Shown here in pieces: positions 30,224-38,632 of a stretch of DNA of 64,000 nt. Within the stretch, counting starts at the first letter, position 1; each line of letters opens with the position of its first letter. Origin of the DNA: an uncultured Pseudomonadota bacterium (lineage in GTDB: Bacteria > Myxococcota_A > Polyangia > Fen-1088); NCBI GenBank assembly GCA_963725905.1, contig CAVSAG010000002.1, forward strand, positions 804,962-868,961. Reading direction: 5' to 3'. The translations under genes and the position numbers were made by a program. Below the pieces are notes generated by a model that saw only the letters and a program-made list of their open reading frames with translations, searched no databases and was not told the origin of the DNA.

Positions 30224-31483
30224 ATGCAAACGTCTCGCGCCCTTGGGATCCTGGTCGCCAGTTCAACTCTGTTGCTCGGGTGCCCCACCCGACCCATCGA
30301 TAAGCCCGATGGAGGCGGCGGCACCGGGGGCGCGCAAGCTGATGCCTCCGGTTCTGCCGGCGCCGGAGGCGCCATCGGAGGTGCGGGGGGACAAGCGGGA
30401 GCGTCCATAGTGGCGGGAACCACGGGCACGGCAGGCTCGGCAGATGGAGCGGGCGCCGGTGGACTCGCAGGCTCCGCGGGCCTCGCCGGAACCGGCGGCG
30501 GATCTGCCGGAGCGGCGGGCGGCGCCGCGGGTTCATCCGCCTCGTGCTCCACTCCGTGCGATGCGAACGCCTACTGCGACAACGGCACCTGCCGTAGCCG
30601 GTTTACCGAGTTTCCGATCCCGAGCGGTGGCTCGAGCGAGTTCATAACGGCGGGTCCGGACGGGAACATCTGGTTCACGGTGCAGGATTCAAACACCATC
30701 GGTCGGATATCGTCCTCTGGATCGAATCCCACCGAGTTTCTGATACCCACGCCGCAGGCAGATCCTAAGGGGATAGTCGCTGGTCCAGACGGCAATCTCT
30801 GGTTCTGTGAGGAAGGCGGGAACAAGATCGGCGTGATAACGACAACTGGTACATTCGTCGGCGGGTACTCTCTCCCGACCCCGAACGCCTATCCCGACTC
30901 AATCGTAGCCGGCAACGACGGCAGATTGTGGTTCACGGAGTTCTCGGCGAACAAGGTTGGAGCGATCGACGTTCACGGATCGCTTGCGGAATTCGCGCTG
31001 AAGGCGTCGGCCGGGCCCGAGGGTCTCACCAGCGCTTCCGACGGGAGTATCTGGTTCGCGGAGTCCGGTGGGGGCATCGTCGGGGCGATGACGCTCTCCG
31101 GTACGACCACTCAGCAGATCCCGTTGGTGATGGGGCATTTCCCGGATGCAATCGCCAGCGCTCCCGATGGCAGCCTGTGGTTCACGGAATACTCAGGTCA
31201 GAAGGTCGGGCACGTGGTGCCGAACGGTACGCCCATCGAGTACAGCGCGCCTTGGTTCGTCGCGCCCGATCAAATTGTCGCTGGTCCCGATGGGAACATG
31301 TGGTTCACGGACGCTGGAGGCGACAGCGCCGGCGGCAGCCTAGGTCGAATCGAACCGGACGGGACGATCACGCAATATGCCGTTCCGTCACATGATCCCG
31401 AGGGCCTAGCTCTCGGCCCTGATGGAAACCTCTGGTTTACCGAAGGAACTCCCCACAAGATCGGGCGGTTCGTGCTCCCGTAG
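30224..31483 (+). CDS. lipoprotein with Gly-rich linker and Vgb/streptogramin-lyase-like beta-propeller repeats
   Basis: LLLGC lipobox. Six or more repeats of the type ITAGPDGNIWFT...KIGRI / GPDGNLWFTE. Confidence 0.75.
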   Translation: MQTSRALGILVASSTLLLGCPTRPIDKPDGGGGTGGAQADASGSAGAGGAIGGAGGQAGASIVAGTTGTAGSADGAGAGGLAGSAGLAGTGGGSAGAAGGAAGSSASCSTPCDANAYCDNGTCRSRFTEFPIPSGGSSEFITAGPDGNIWFTVQDSNTIGRISSSGSNPTEFLIPTPQADPKGIVAGPDGNLWFCEEGGNKIGVITTTGTFVGGYSLPTPNAYPDSIVAGNDGRLWFTEFSANKVGAIDVHGSLAEFALKASAGPEGLTSASDGSIWFAESGGGIVGAMTLSGTTTQQIPLVMGHFPDAIASAPDGSLWFTEYSGQKVGHVVPNGTPIEYSAPWFVAPDQIVAGPDGNMWFTDAGGDSAGGSLGRIEPDGTITQYAVPSHDPEGLALGPDGNLWFTEGTPHKIGRFVLP

Positions 31484-31499
31484 TGCCTGCACTCCGATC

Positions 31500-31539
31500 A
31501 AAAAAAAGGCGCCCGGCCGACTCGCGGCGGGGCGCCTTT
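31500..31539. terminator. bidirectional rho-independent terminator between convergent genes
   Basis: A8 run, 9-bp GC stem AAGGCGCCC/GGGCGCCTT, TTT; on the minus strand the hairpin is followed by T8. Confidence 0.55.
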
Positions 31540-31560
31540 GAAAGACCGGTCAGCCCAGCG

Positions 31561-32199
31561 TCAGTTACCCACGGAGGCGTCGGTGGCCTGGCACAGGTTA
31601 ATGCCGACGGTGTGTTGGCAGTGCACCATCGGGTTGCCTTTGCCTCCATCCATACTGAGGCCTTCAACCCCCCAGCAGAGGTGGTAGGAGCGGCAGTGCT
31701 CCTGATTGCTACTGGTGTACATGTTCATGCAAGCCGTCTTGTCAGCCGGGAGCGTCAGGCCCGAGATATTCGAGCAATAGGCAAACAGATTGTCGCAGAA
31801 GACCGATGCCGAGAGCTTGTCGGTGCCGGCCGAGTCGGTGACTAGGCAGTCGGCCATCGAGGTGCCGGCGTCGGCCTTCGCGCCGCCCGCGCCGCCGCCG
31901 CTGTGGCCGCCCGCGCTTCCTGCGGTGCCAGTAGTCCCCGCCGCGCCGTTGCCCGCGGTGCCGGTGGTGCCTGCCGCGCTGCTGCCAGCGGCGCCCGTGG
32001 TGCCTGCCGCGCCCGTGGTGCCCGCGGCGCCGGTGGTGCCTGCCGCGCCCGTCGTACCCGCTGCGCCACCGCCCTTTCCGCCGGCCGCGCCGGCTGCACC
32101 GCCGGAACCGCCGGTGCCGGGCGTCGGGGTGGTGCTGCTGGAGCAGCCGAAGGCCGCGATCGTGAGGGTCAGGAACGGAACGGCAAGCTTCTTGAACAT
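31561..32199 (-). CDS. lipoprotein with Gly/Thr-rich linker and Cys-rich C-terminal domain
   Basis: MFKKLAVPFLTLTIAAFGCSSS, (GTTGAAG)n, then 8-Cys domain CLVTD...FCDNLFAYC...CMNMY...CRSYHLCW...CQHT...C. Confidence 0.65.
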   Translation of the reverse strand: MFKKLAVPFLTLTIAAFGCSSSTTPTPGTGGSGGAAGAAGGKGGGAAGTTGAAGTTGAAGTTGAAGTTGAAGSSAAGTTGTAGNGAAGTTGTAGSAGGHSGGGAGGAKADAGTSMADCLVTDSAGTDKLSASVFCDNLFAYCSNISGLTLPADKTACMNMYTSSNQEHCRSYHLCWGVEGLSMDGGKGNPMVHCQHTVGINLCQATDASVGN

Positions 32200-32276
32200 T
32201 GGAGTCTCCCTTGAAAGTGCGGCAGAGCTTAGACGACAACGGCCGCAAGGTCTATTTCGCAATCGTTTGACTCATT

Positions 32277-32912
32277 TCATTTCGCGTCGGTCGCGCCGCG
32301 CAGCCCGAGGTCGAGGCCCCGGACCTTCTCGAAGCGCTGTTCGACGTCCTGCCAGTTCCAGATATTCCAGACCGCCTCGAAGAAGCTCTTCTTGTCGGGT
32401 CCGTACTGCAGGTAGAAGGCGTGCTCCCAGGCGTCGAGCACCAGGAGCGGCACGCCGCCCTGGTTGACGTTCGACTGGTGGTCGTAGATCTGCGTCGTCA
32501 CCAGGCGCTTGGCGACCGGCTCCCAGGCGAGCGCCGCCCAGCCCGAGCCCATGATCGTCATGGCGGCGTTGGTCAGCTGCCCCTTGAAGCCGGCGAAGCC
32601 GCCGAAGTCCTGCTTGATCTGCTCGCCCAGCGCGCCGGTCGGCTCGCCGCCCGCCTTGGGCGCCAGGTTCTGCCAGAAGAGCGAATGCAGGACGTGGCCC
32701 GAGGTGTGGAAGGCCAGCGCCTTTTCGAGCGTGGCGATCTTGGCGAAGTCGTTCTTCTCGCGCGCCTCGGCGAGCCCGTCGGCGGCGGTGTTGGCGCCCG
32801 CGACGTAGGCCGCGTGGTGCTTGTCGTGGTGGAGCTGCATGATCTTGCCCGACACGTGCGGCTCGAGCGCGCCGTAGTCGTAGGCAAGTTCCGGGAGGGT
32901 GTACTTTGGCAT
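32277..32912 (-). CDS. sodA: Fe/Mn superoxide dismutase
   Basis: MPKYTLPELAYDYGALEPHVSGKIMQLHHDKHH...DAWEHAFYLQY classic Fe/Mn-SOD signatures. Confidence 0.9.
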   Translation of the reverse strand: MPKYTLPELAYDYGALEPHVSGKIMQLHHDKHHAAYVAGANTAADGLAEAREKNDFAKIATLEKALAFHTSGHVLHSLFWQNLAPKAGGEPTGALGEQIKQDFGGFAGFKGQLTNAAMTIMGSGWAALAWEPVAKRLVTTQIYDHQSNVNQGGVPLLVLDAWEHAFYLQYGPDKKSFFEAVWNIWNWQDVEQRFEKVRGLDLGLRGATDAK

Positions 32913-33050
32913 GGCGCGAAATATGACAACCGCGCTCAGCCGTGCAAGTGCCGGTTGAGGCAATTCCTCAGCCTCGGGGCGATCCCCGATCCAGGAGGCC
33001 TGCTATCCCAGGCCGGCTATCCCGACCCCACTACCGGAGGCCGGCGACGA

Positions 33051-34077
33051 CTACCCGAGGCTGCGCTTTTCCCGACGGAGGCGCTTGCGGACGACGGCCG
33101 CCGCGCGGCGGGCCATCGTGGCCTGCGTCGGCTTGCGGCCTGTCATCGGCTCCTGCTCGCTGTGGTGCTCGACGAAGTCGCCGGGCGCGCAGCCGAGCTC
33201 GAACATCGTCACCTCGCGCTTGCCGCGATCGCCGAGGCGAAAGGGAACGACCGCCGCGCCGATGCCCGCGCCGACGTAGACCGCGCCGGCCGGCTCACCG
33301 TCGGGGCCCGCGTGATCGCGCGAGCCGTAGAGGCCGTGCACGTAGCGGTGGCCGGCGATCATCCCGACCGCCAGCTCGTGCAGGCGCGCCAGCGTCACCT
33401 GGCCGCCGTGCGTGTGGCCCGAGAGGACCAGCGGGACGCCGTGGCGCCAGAGGCCGTCGGCCTCCTCGGCGATGTGCGACAGCGCGATCGACGGCAGGTC
33501 GCGGCGCAGACCCTTGACCGCCTCGTCGCGCCGCGCGTGCCCGGTGTAGGCGTCGTCGAGGCCGACCACCTGCAGCCGCTCGCCGCGCAGGGTGATCGTC
33601 GTGTTGCGGTTGCGCAGCACCTCGGCGCCGCCCACGCTCGAGCGCGAGGCGGACCTCGTCGGCGCCGGACCAGTAGTCGTGGTTGCCGAGCACCGCGATG
33701 ACCGGCGCCTTGTAGAGCTTGATCACCTCGACGAGCTGTTCGAGGTAGAGCTGGCTGTGGCAGACGAAGTCGCCCGTGAGGAGGATCAGATCCGGGTGCT
33801 GCGCGTTGGTCATCTCGGCGGCGGTCCGCTGGACCTCGAACGGCGTGATGCGGCCGACGTGCAGATCGGTGAGGTGCGCGATCCGCAGGTGGCTCACCTG
33901 CTTGCGGTAGACGGCCGGGCCGGCGAAGCGTCGCAGCTGGATCCCGTAGCGGCGCGCGCCGCTCGACGGACGCCAGGTGGCGTGCGCGCGGCGGGCAGCC
34001 ATGCGCGCGGCCCAGGCGGCGGCGTCGTCGACCGTCGGAGGGACGTCAGCCGTCAGAGTCGGGTGCGAGCCACTCAC
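33051..34077 (-). CDS. metallophosphoesterase (calcineurin-like); frameshifted near 33630-33650 in this sequence
   Basis: HLTDLHVG...LILLTGDF...GNHDYWSG in one frame. LRNRNTTITLRGERLQVVGLDD...GHTHGGQV in the other. Confidence 0.7.
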
Positions 34078-34197
34078 GGAACACCTTCAATATAACTCCC
34101 GCCCGGCTCATCCCGCCGCCGAAATCGTCGCCTGGCGCTGGACGCACCTGGACCTACAATGGTTGAGATTCGACCCAAACGGCGCCATGATCGCCGC

Positions 34198-34848
34198 ATG
34201 ACTTACTTAACTTCGACTATTGGTAGCGTCAGGTTTGCGTTGTTTTTGATGGTCGCGGTCGGCGTGGGGTGCGCCTCGAAAGGCGACTCCCTGGGCGGGA
34301 CCGGCGGGTCGAGTCAGAGCGGGGGCGCGCCCGGGACCGGCGGGCTGTCCCAGAGCGGGGGCGCGCCCGGGACCGGCGGCCAGGGAGTACTCGCCTCGGC
34401 AGAGGCGATCTGGGCGGCCGCGAAGCCGACCTGTCTCATCTACAAGTACCAAAGTCGGGTTTCGTCCGTGTTCAATTCGTGCTCGATCAGTACGTACGAG
34501 ATCGCGAACGACCAGCTGATCAGATTCTCGTACGTCAGTTACGACACGAGCAGTTGCACGGGCAACGTGACCAGCCAGTCGGACGAGGTCGGCGCGCAGC
34601 TGCCGGACGCAGGCGCCGCGCGCACCGTCGAGGAGCTCTTCTCCGAGTGTCAGACAATCGTGAACGAGGTCGCGGCGTCTCCTTCGGCGTACGAGGGGGT
34701 GAGCCTGGTTTTCGACGTCCACGGCGTCCCCGAGACCTGCCTGGCGACCGCGATACAGTGCATAGACGATTGCACCGACGGGATCCGAATCGACGCGTTC
34801 ACCTGCGAGGCATCGCCGTCCTTCGACGCGGGCTCGAACCCGGGTTGA
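34198..34848 (+). CDS. lipoprotein (tandem paralog A)
   Basis: MTYLTSTIGSVRFALFLMVAVGVGCASKGDSLGGTGG..., Cys-containing C-terminal domain. Confidence 0.6.
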   Translation: MTYLTSTIGSVRFALFLMVAVGVGCASKGDSLGGTGGSSQSGGAPGTGGLSQSGGAPGTGGQGVLASAEAIWAAAKPTCLIYKYQSRVSSVFNSCSISTYEIANDQLIRFSYVSYDTSSCTGNVTSQSDEVGAQLPDAGAARTVEELFSECQTIVNEVAASPSAYEGVSLVFDVHGVPETCLATAIQCIDDCTDGIRIDAFTCEASPSFDAGSNPG

Positions 34849-34874
34849 ATTCGATCGAACGGAGGACGCTCATC

Positions 34875-35519
34875 ATGATTTCACCGGCTTCGACTAACCT
34901 CGGCCTCAGGGTTGCGTTGCTCTTGATGGTCGCGGCCGGCGCGGGGTGCGCTTCAAAGGGCGATTCCCTGGGCGGGACTGGAGGTGGCTCGGGTGCGGCC
35001 GGAGCCGGCGGCACGACGGAGGGCGGTGGCGCGCCCGGCACCGACGGCGGCGGTCTGACCGAGCTTCAACTTCTGGGGGCGCTGTCGGTCGCCGGAGAGG
35101 AGTGGGGGATGTTCGAGTCGCGCTGCCCCTCGTACCACTACCAGATTCAGCATTTCGGAAGCTGTGCCGCGACGACGGTCGACGTGGTCAACGGCCAGCC
35201 GACGGAGCGCTCGTTCACCGGCGACGCGGCCGGGTGCACGCCGGCTGCCGACGCTGGCGCGCTCGAGCAGTGGGACGAGGTTGGCGTGGAGCAGCTCGGA
35301 AGTCACGGCGACGGCGACCCGGTCCGGACGGTCCAGGAGCTGCTCAATTACTGCGAAGGGCTCCTTCCCACGGATACATCGAAGTACACACTGTCGTTCA
35401 CCTACGGCGGCTACGGCGAACCCACCACCTGCAGTGCGACGCTCATCAACTGCGCCGCCGCTTGCACGACCGGCTTCGAGATCTCCAACTTCGGCTGCGA
35501 TCAGATCCCGGCCGGCTAG
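34875..35519 (+). CDS. lipoprotein (tandem paralog B)
   Basis: MISPASTNLGLRVALLLMVAAGAGCASKGDSLGGTGG... shares the signal, lipobox and linker with the upstream gene. Confidence 0.6.
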   Translation: MISPASTNLGLRVALLLMVAAGAGCASKGDSLGGTGGGSGAAGAGGTTEGGGAPGTDGGGLTELQLLGALSVAGEEWGMFESRCPSYHYQIQHFGSCAATTVDVVNGQPTERSFTGDAAGCTPAADAGALEQWDEVGVEQLGSHGDGDPVRTVQELLNYCEGLLPTDTSKYTLSFTYGGYGEPTTCSATLINCAAACTTGFEISNFGCDQIPAG

Positions 35520-35527
35520 CCTTCGGC

Positions 35528-36415
35528 TCAAGTCGAGCTCTGAACGAGCTCGAGGAACGCGCGGGCGGCGTGGCTCAGCGTGCGGGCCTTGGCGTAGAGC
35601 AGGCGGACCTTGCGCTCGACGTGCAGCTCCTTGACGGTCACCTCGCGGACCACGCCGCTCTCGACATCCTGGCGGACACACATGCGCGGCAGGAACGCGA
35701 CCCCTTCGCCGTTTTGAACGAGGCGGCGAATCGTTTCGAGCGTTGGCATCTCGACGTCCATCCGCAGCGGCACCTTGTGGCGGCGGAACTCGCGCAGCAC
35801 GACCTCGCGGTACGGCGAGAGGACGTTGTGGGCGATGAAAGTCTCCTCGCCGAGCTCGGTGATCGAGACCGAACGCCGGCGCGCGAGGCGGTGCTTGGGC
35901 GAAACGATGAAGGCCAGCGCGTCGGTGTAGATCACCTTGGCGACCAGGCGATCGTCGCCCGGATCGTAGCTGGCGACGCCGAGCTCGAGGTCGCCTTCCA
36001 GGAGCTCGACGGGGATGCGGCTCGACTGCGCGCGCCGGATCTGGACCTTGATCTTGGGGTAGAGGCCTCGGTAGCGCTGGATGTACGGCAAGAGGTAGAG
36101 CGTCGAGGACTCGTTGGCGCCGACGACCAGTCGCCCTGCCGACTTGTCGCGCAGCTCGGCCAGCGCGTCGTTCAGCTCCTCTTCGAGGTTGCGGAAGCGG
36201 CGGGCGAAGTCGAGCACGGTGCGTCCGGTGTCGGTGGGGACCAGCTCCTTGGCGCCGCGGTCGATCAGCTTCTCGCCGAGCTCGCCCTCGAGGCGCTGCA
36301 CCGCCAGCGAGATCGCGGGCTGCGTGCGGAACAGCTTCTCGGCCGCGCGCGAGAAGCTGCGCTCACCGACGACCGTGGCGAAGACCTGCAGGGCGTGGAG
36401 CTCCATGGCCGGCAT
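35528..36415 (-). CDS. LysR-family transcriptional regulator (divergent from leuA)
   Basis: HTH ELHALQVFATVVGERSFSRAAEKLFRTQPAISLAVQRLE plus LysR substrate-binding domain; 295 aa. Confidence 0.85.
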   Translation of the reverse strand: MPAMELHALQVFATVVGERSFSRAAEKLFRTQPAISLAVQRLEGELGEKLIDRGAKELVPTDTGRTVLDFARRFRNLEEELNDALAELRDKSAGRLVVGANESSTLYLLPYIQRYRGLYPKIKVQIRRAQSSRIPVELLEGDLELGVASYDPGDDRLVAKVIYTDALAFIVSPKHRLARRRSVSITELGEETFIAHNVLSPYREVVLREFRRHKVPLRMDVEMPTLETIRRLVQNGEGVAFLPRMCVRQDVESGVVREVTVKELHVERKVRLLYAKARTLSHAARAFLELVQSST

Positions 36416-36496
36416 GGTAGAGCATAAGGAACGCTTATCTAACCAAGAATAATTATAAATTTGCGATATCGGGTCCCGAGACTCAAGGTTGAGCCC

Positions 36497-37699
36497 ATGC
36501 CCAGTTCGACGACCCCCACGACCACCCCGACCCCCGAGCGCGTTCACATCTTCGACACCACCCTCCGCGACGGCGAGCAGGCCCCCGGTTGCAGCATGAA
36601 CATGGGCGAGAAGCTGCGCATGGCCGCCAAGCTCGCCGAGCTGGGCGTCGACATCATGGAAGCGGGATTCCCCATCGCCTCGGCGGGCGACTTCGAGGCG
36701 GTGCAGAAGGTGAGCCGCGAGGTGGCGGTGAAGGTCGCCGCGCTGGCTCGCGCCACCACGCTGGACGTCGAGCGCGCCGCCAAGGCGCTGGAGGGCGCGA
36801 AGGTGGCGCCGCGGATCCACGTCTTTCTGGCCACCAGCGACGTCCACCTCAAGTACAAGCTGAAGAAGACGCGCGCGCAGGTGCTCGACGAGGCGGCGGC
36901 CGCCGTCGCGCTGGCCCGCAAGCACGTCGCCGACGTCGAGTTCTCGGCCGAGGACGGCGGGCGGACGCCCGTCGAGTACCTGATCGACGTCTCGCGCGCG
37001 GTCGTCGCCGCCGGCGCCACCACGGTCAACATCCCCGACACCGTCGGGTACGGCGTCCCCGAGGAGTACGGCGCGCTCATCGGCCAGGTGGCGCGCGCTC
37101 TCGGCAAGTCGGCCATCGTGAGCGTCCACTGCCACAACGATCTCGGGCTGGCGGTCGCCAATTCGCTCGCCGCCATCCAGAACGGCGCGCGCCAGATCGA
37201 GTGCACCGTCAACGGGATCGGCGAGCGGGCCGGCAACTGCTCGCTCGAGGAGATCGTGATGGTCTTGAAGACCCGCGCCGATCGGCTGCCGTACACGACC
37301 GGCATCGTCAGCGAGCAGCTCTATCCGGCGAGCCAGCTCCTGACCGAGATCATCGGCGTCGGCGTGCAACCGAACAAGGCGATCGTCGGGGCCAATGCCT
37401 TCGCACACGAGGCCGGCATCCACCAGGACGGGTTCCTCAAGGAGCGGACCACGTACGAGATCATCGAGCCCAAGAGCGTCGGCGTGCCGGAGAGTCGGCT
37501 CGTTCTGGGCAAGCACAGCGGCCGGCACGCGCTCGGCGATCGCTGCAAGGCGCTCGGCCTGGCGCTCGACAAGCCCCAGCTCGACGAGCTCTACACGCGC
37601 TTCACGGCGCTGGCCGATCGGCAAAAGGGGATCACGGACGATGAGATCCGGGCCCTCGCCGGCGAGGCCGTCAAAAGTTTGACAAGAAAAATAGCGTAG
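36497..37699 (+). CDS. leuA: 2-isopropylmalate synthase-like (HMGL-like TIM barrel + subdomains) lacking the C-terminal LeuA_dimer regulatory domain
   Basis: [15 protein letters not shown]...[17 protein letters not shown]...[25 protein letters not shown]. Last codons (AAA AGT TTG ACA AGA AAA ATA GCG TAG) are AT-rich and run into an AT-rich island. Confidence 0.8.
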   Translation: MPSSTTPTTTPTPERVHIFDTTLRDGEQAPGCSMNMGEKLRMAAKLAELGVDIMEAGFPIASAGDFEAVQKVSREVAVKVAALARATTLDVERAAKALEGAKVAPRIHVFLATSDVHLKYKLKKTRAQVLDEAAAAVALARKHVADVEFSAEDGGRTPVEYLIDVSRAVVAAGATTVNIPDTVGYGVPEEYGALIGQVARALGKSAIVSVHCHNDLGLAVANSLAAIQNGARQIECTVNGIGERAGNCSLEEIVMVLKTRADRLPYTTGIVSEQLYPASQLLTEIIGVGVQPNKAIVGANAFAHEAGIHQDGFLKERTTYEIIEPKSVGVPESRLVLGKHSGRHALGDRCKALGLALDKPQLDELYTRFTALADRQKGITDDEIRALAGEAVKSLTRKIA

Positions 37700-37750
37700 T
37701 TTTAATTACTTAAACGAAGTAAGAAAAGTTTGTAAGTCCGCTAAAGCACT
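37672..37750. repeat. AT-rich (about 30% GC) 80-bp island with two direct repeats AAAAGTTTG(A/T)NAAG, at the 3' end of leuA
   Basis: Repeat copies at about 37673-37686 and 37724-37736; composition is atypical for a 70% GC genome. Confidence 0.5.
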
Positions 37751-37776
37751 AGCGGCAGGCCACCGATGCTTCATTC

Positions 37777-38625
37777 ATGGTGGCGGAACGTGTGGCCCGA
37801 AGCCTGGGTGTTCTGTGCCTGGCAACCAGCGCTCTTTCGTGCGCGGGGTCGGGCGAGGCGACGGACGCGCCGATCGGCATCGCGGCCGTCGTCGACAACG
37901 GCCTGTCGGCAAACGGCCTGTCGGCGAACGGTCTGTCGGCCAATGGGCTGTCGGCGAACGGTCTGTCGGCCAACGGGCTGTCGGCGAACGGCCTGTCGGC
38001 CAATGGGCTGTCGGCGAACGGCCTCTCCGCCAACGGGTTGACCGCCAGCGGTCTTCTGGGCGGTGGCTCGACGGCGCTGACCGATCCGATGATGCAGCAG
38101 GTCCTCAAGTACATCGTCTCGTGCGCGCTCGGTCCGGAGCAGAGCCTCACGTTCACCGCGGCCGGTAAGGCCTACAGTTTCCCCGGTCAGCTGGGCCTGG
38201 CGCCGCAGTGGGGCGGCGACCACGGGGTGTGTGACGGCTCGTGCCAGCGGTGGGTCTCGGCCTGCCTGCTCGCCCGCGTCGACGCCGCGGGGATCGACCG
38301 CGAGATCTCCATCCGCGGACCCAACCTCGCGCTGCTGCCGACCTGGAGCGAGCTCGCAGGCTACACGCAGCGCGAGGCGACCTACTTCGGCAACATCTTC
38401 ATTCCCGGACAGCCGCGCTACCTCTGCTTGCCGCCCGGGCAGAGCGGGGACCAACGCGTCTGCGGCGACTCGATGAGCGACTGCCCGATGACGGTCCTCC
38501 CGTCGTGCGCCAAGGCCTGCGCTTTCCAAGGGCTGTTCGGCGACTTCGACCTCTGCAGCGATTCGGGGAAGTTTGGCAAAGGCCAGACCTACTTCGAGAG
38601 CGTCACGGTCTTTCTGCCCAAGTAG
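37777..38625 (+). CDS. lipoprotein with 11 pentapeptide (NGLSA) repeats and Cys-rich C-terminal domain
   Basis: MVAERVARSLGVLCLATSALSCAG lipobox. DNGLSA(NGLSA)x9 NGLTASGLLG. C-terminal domain with about 12 Cys. Confidence 0.7.
   Translation: MVAERVARSLGVLCLATSALSCAGSGEATDAPIGIAAVVDNGLSANGLSANGLSANGLSANGLSANGLSANGLSANGLSANGLSANGLTASGLLGGGSTALTDPMMQQVLKYIVSCALGPEQSLTFTAAGKAYSFPGQLGLAPQWGGDHGVCDGSCQRWVSACLLARVDAAGIDREISIRGPNLALLPTWSELAGYTQREATYFGNIFIPGQPRYLCLPPGQSGDQRVCGDSMSDCPMTVLPSCAKACAFQGLFGDFDLCSDSGKFGKGQTYFESVTVFLPK
37897..38061 (+). repeat. 10-11 near-perfect tandem copies of a 15-bp unit (AACGGNCTGTCGGCN) encoding NGLSA
   Basis: Direct reading of the sequence; variants differ only at wobble positions. 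Confidence 0.85.
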
Positions 38626-38632
38626 GCGCGGC

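Noticed and set aside
29033-32262. Gly-rich GGN/ACN repeat tracts considered as possible CRISPR-like or other interspersed repeat arrays
   Set aside because: Repeats are in-frame low-complexity linkers of lipoproteins (GTTGAAG peptide units). They have no regular repeat-spacer periodicity. No cas genes.
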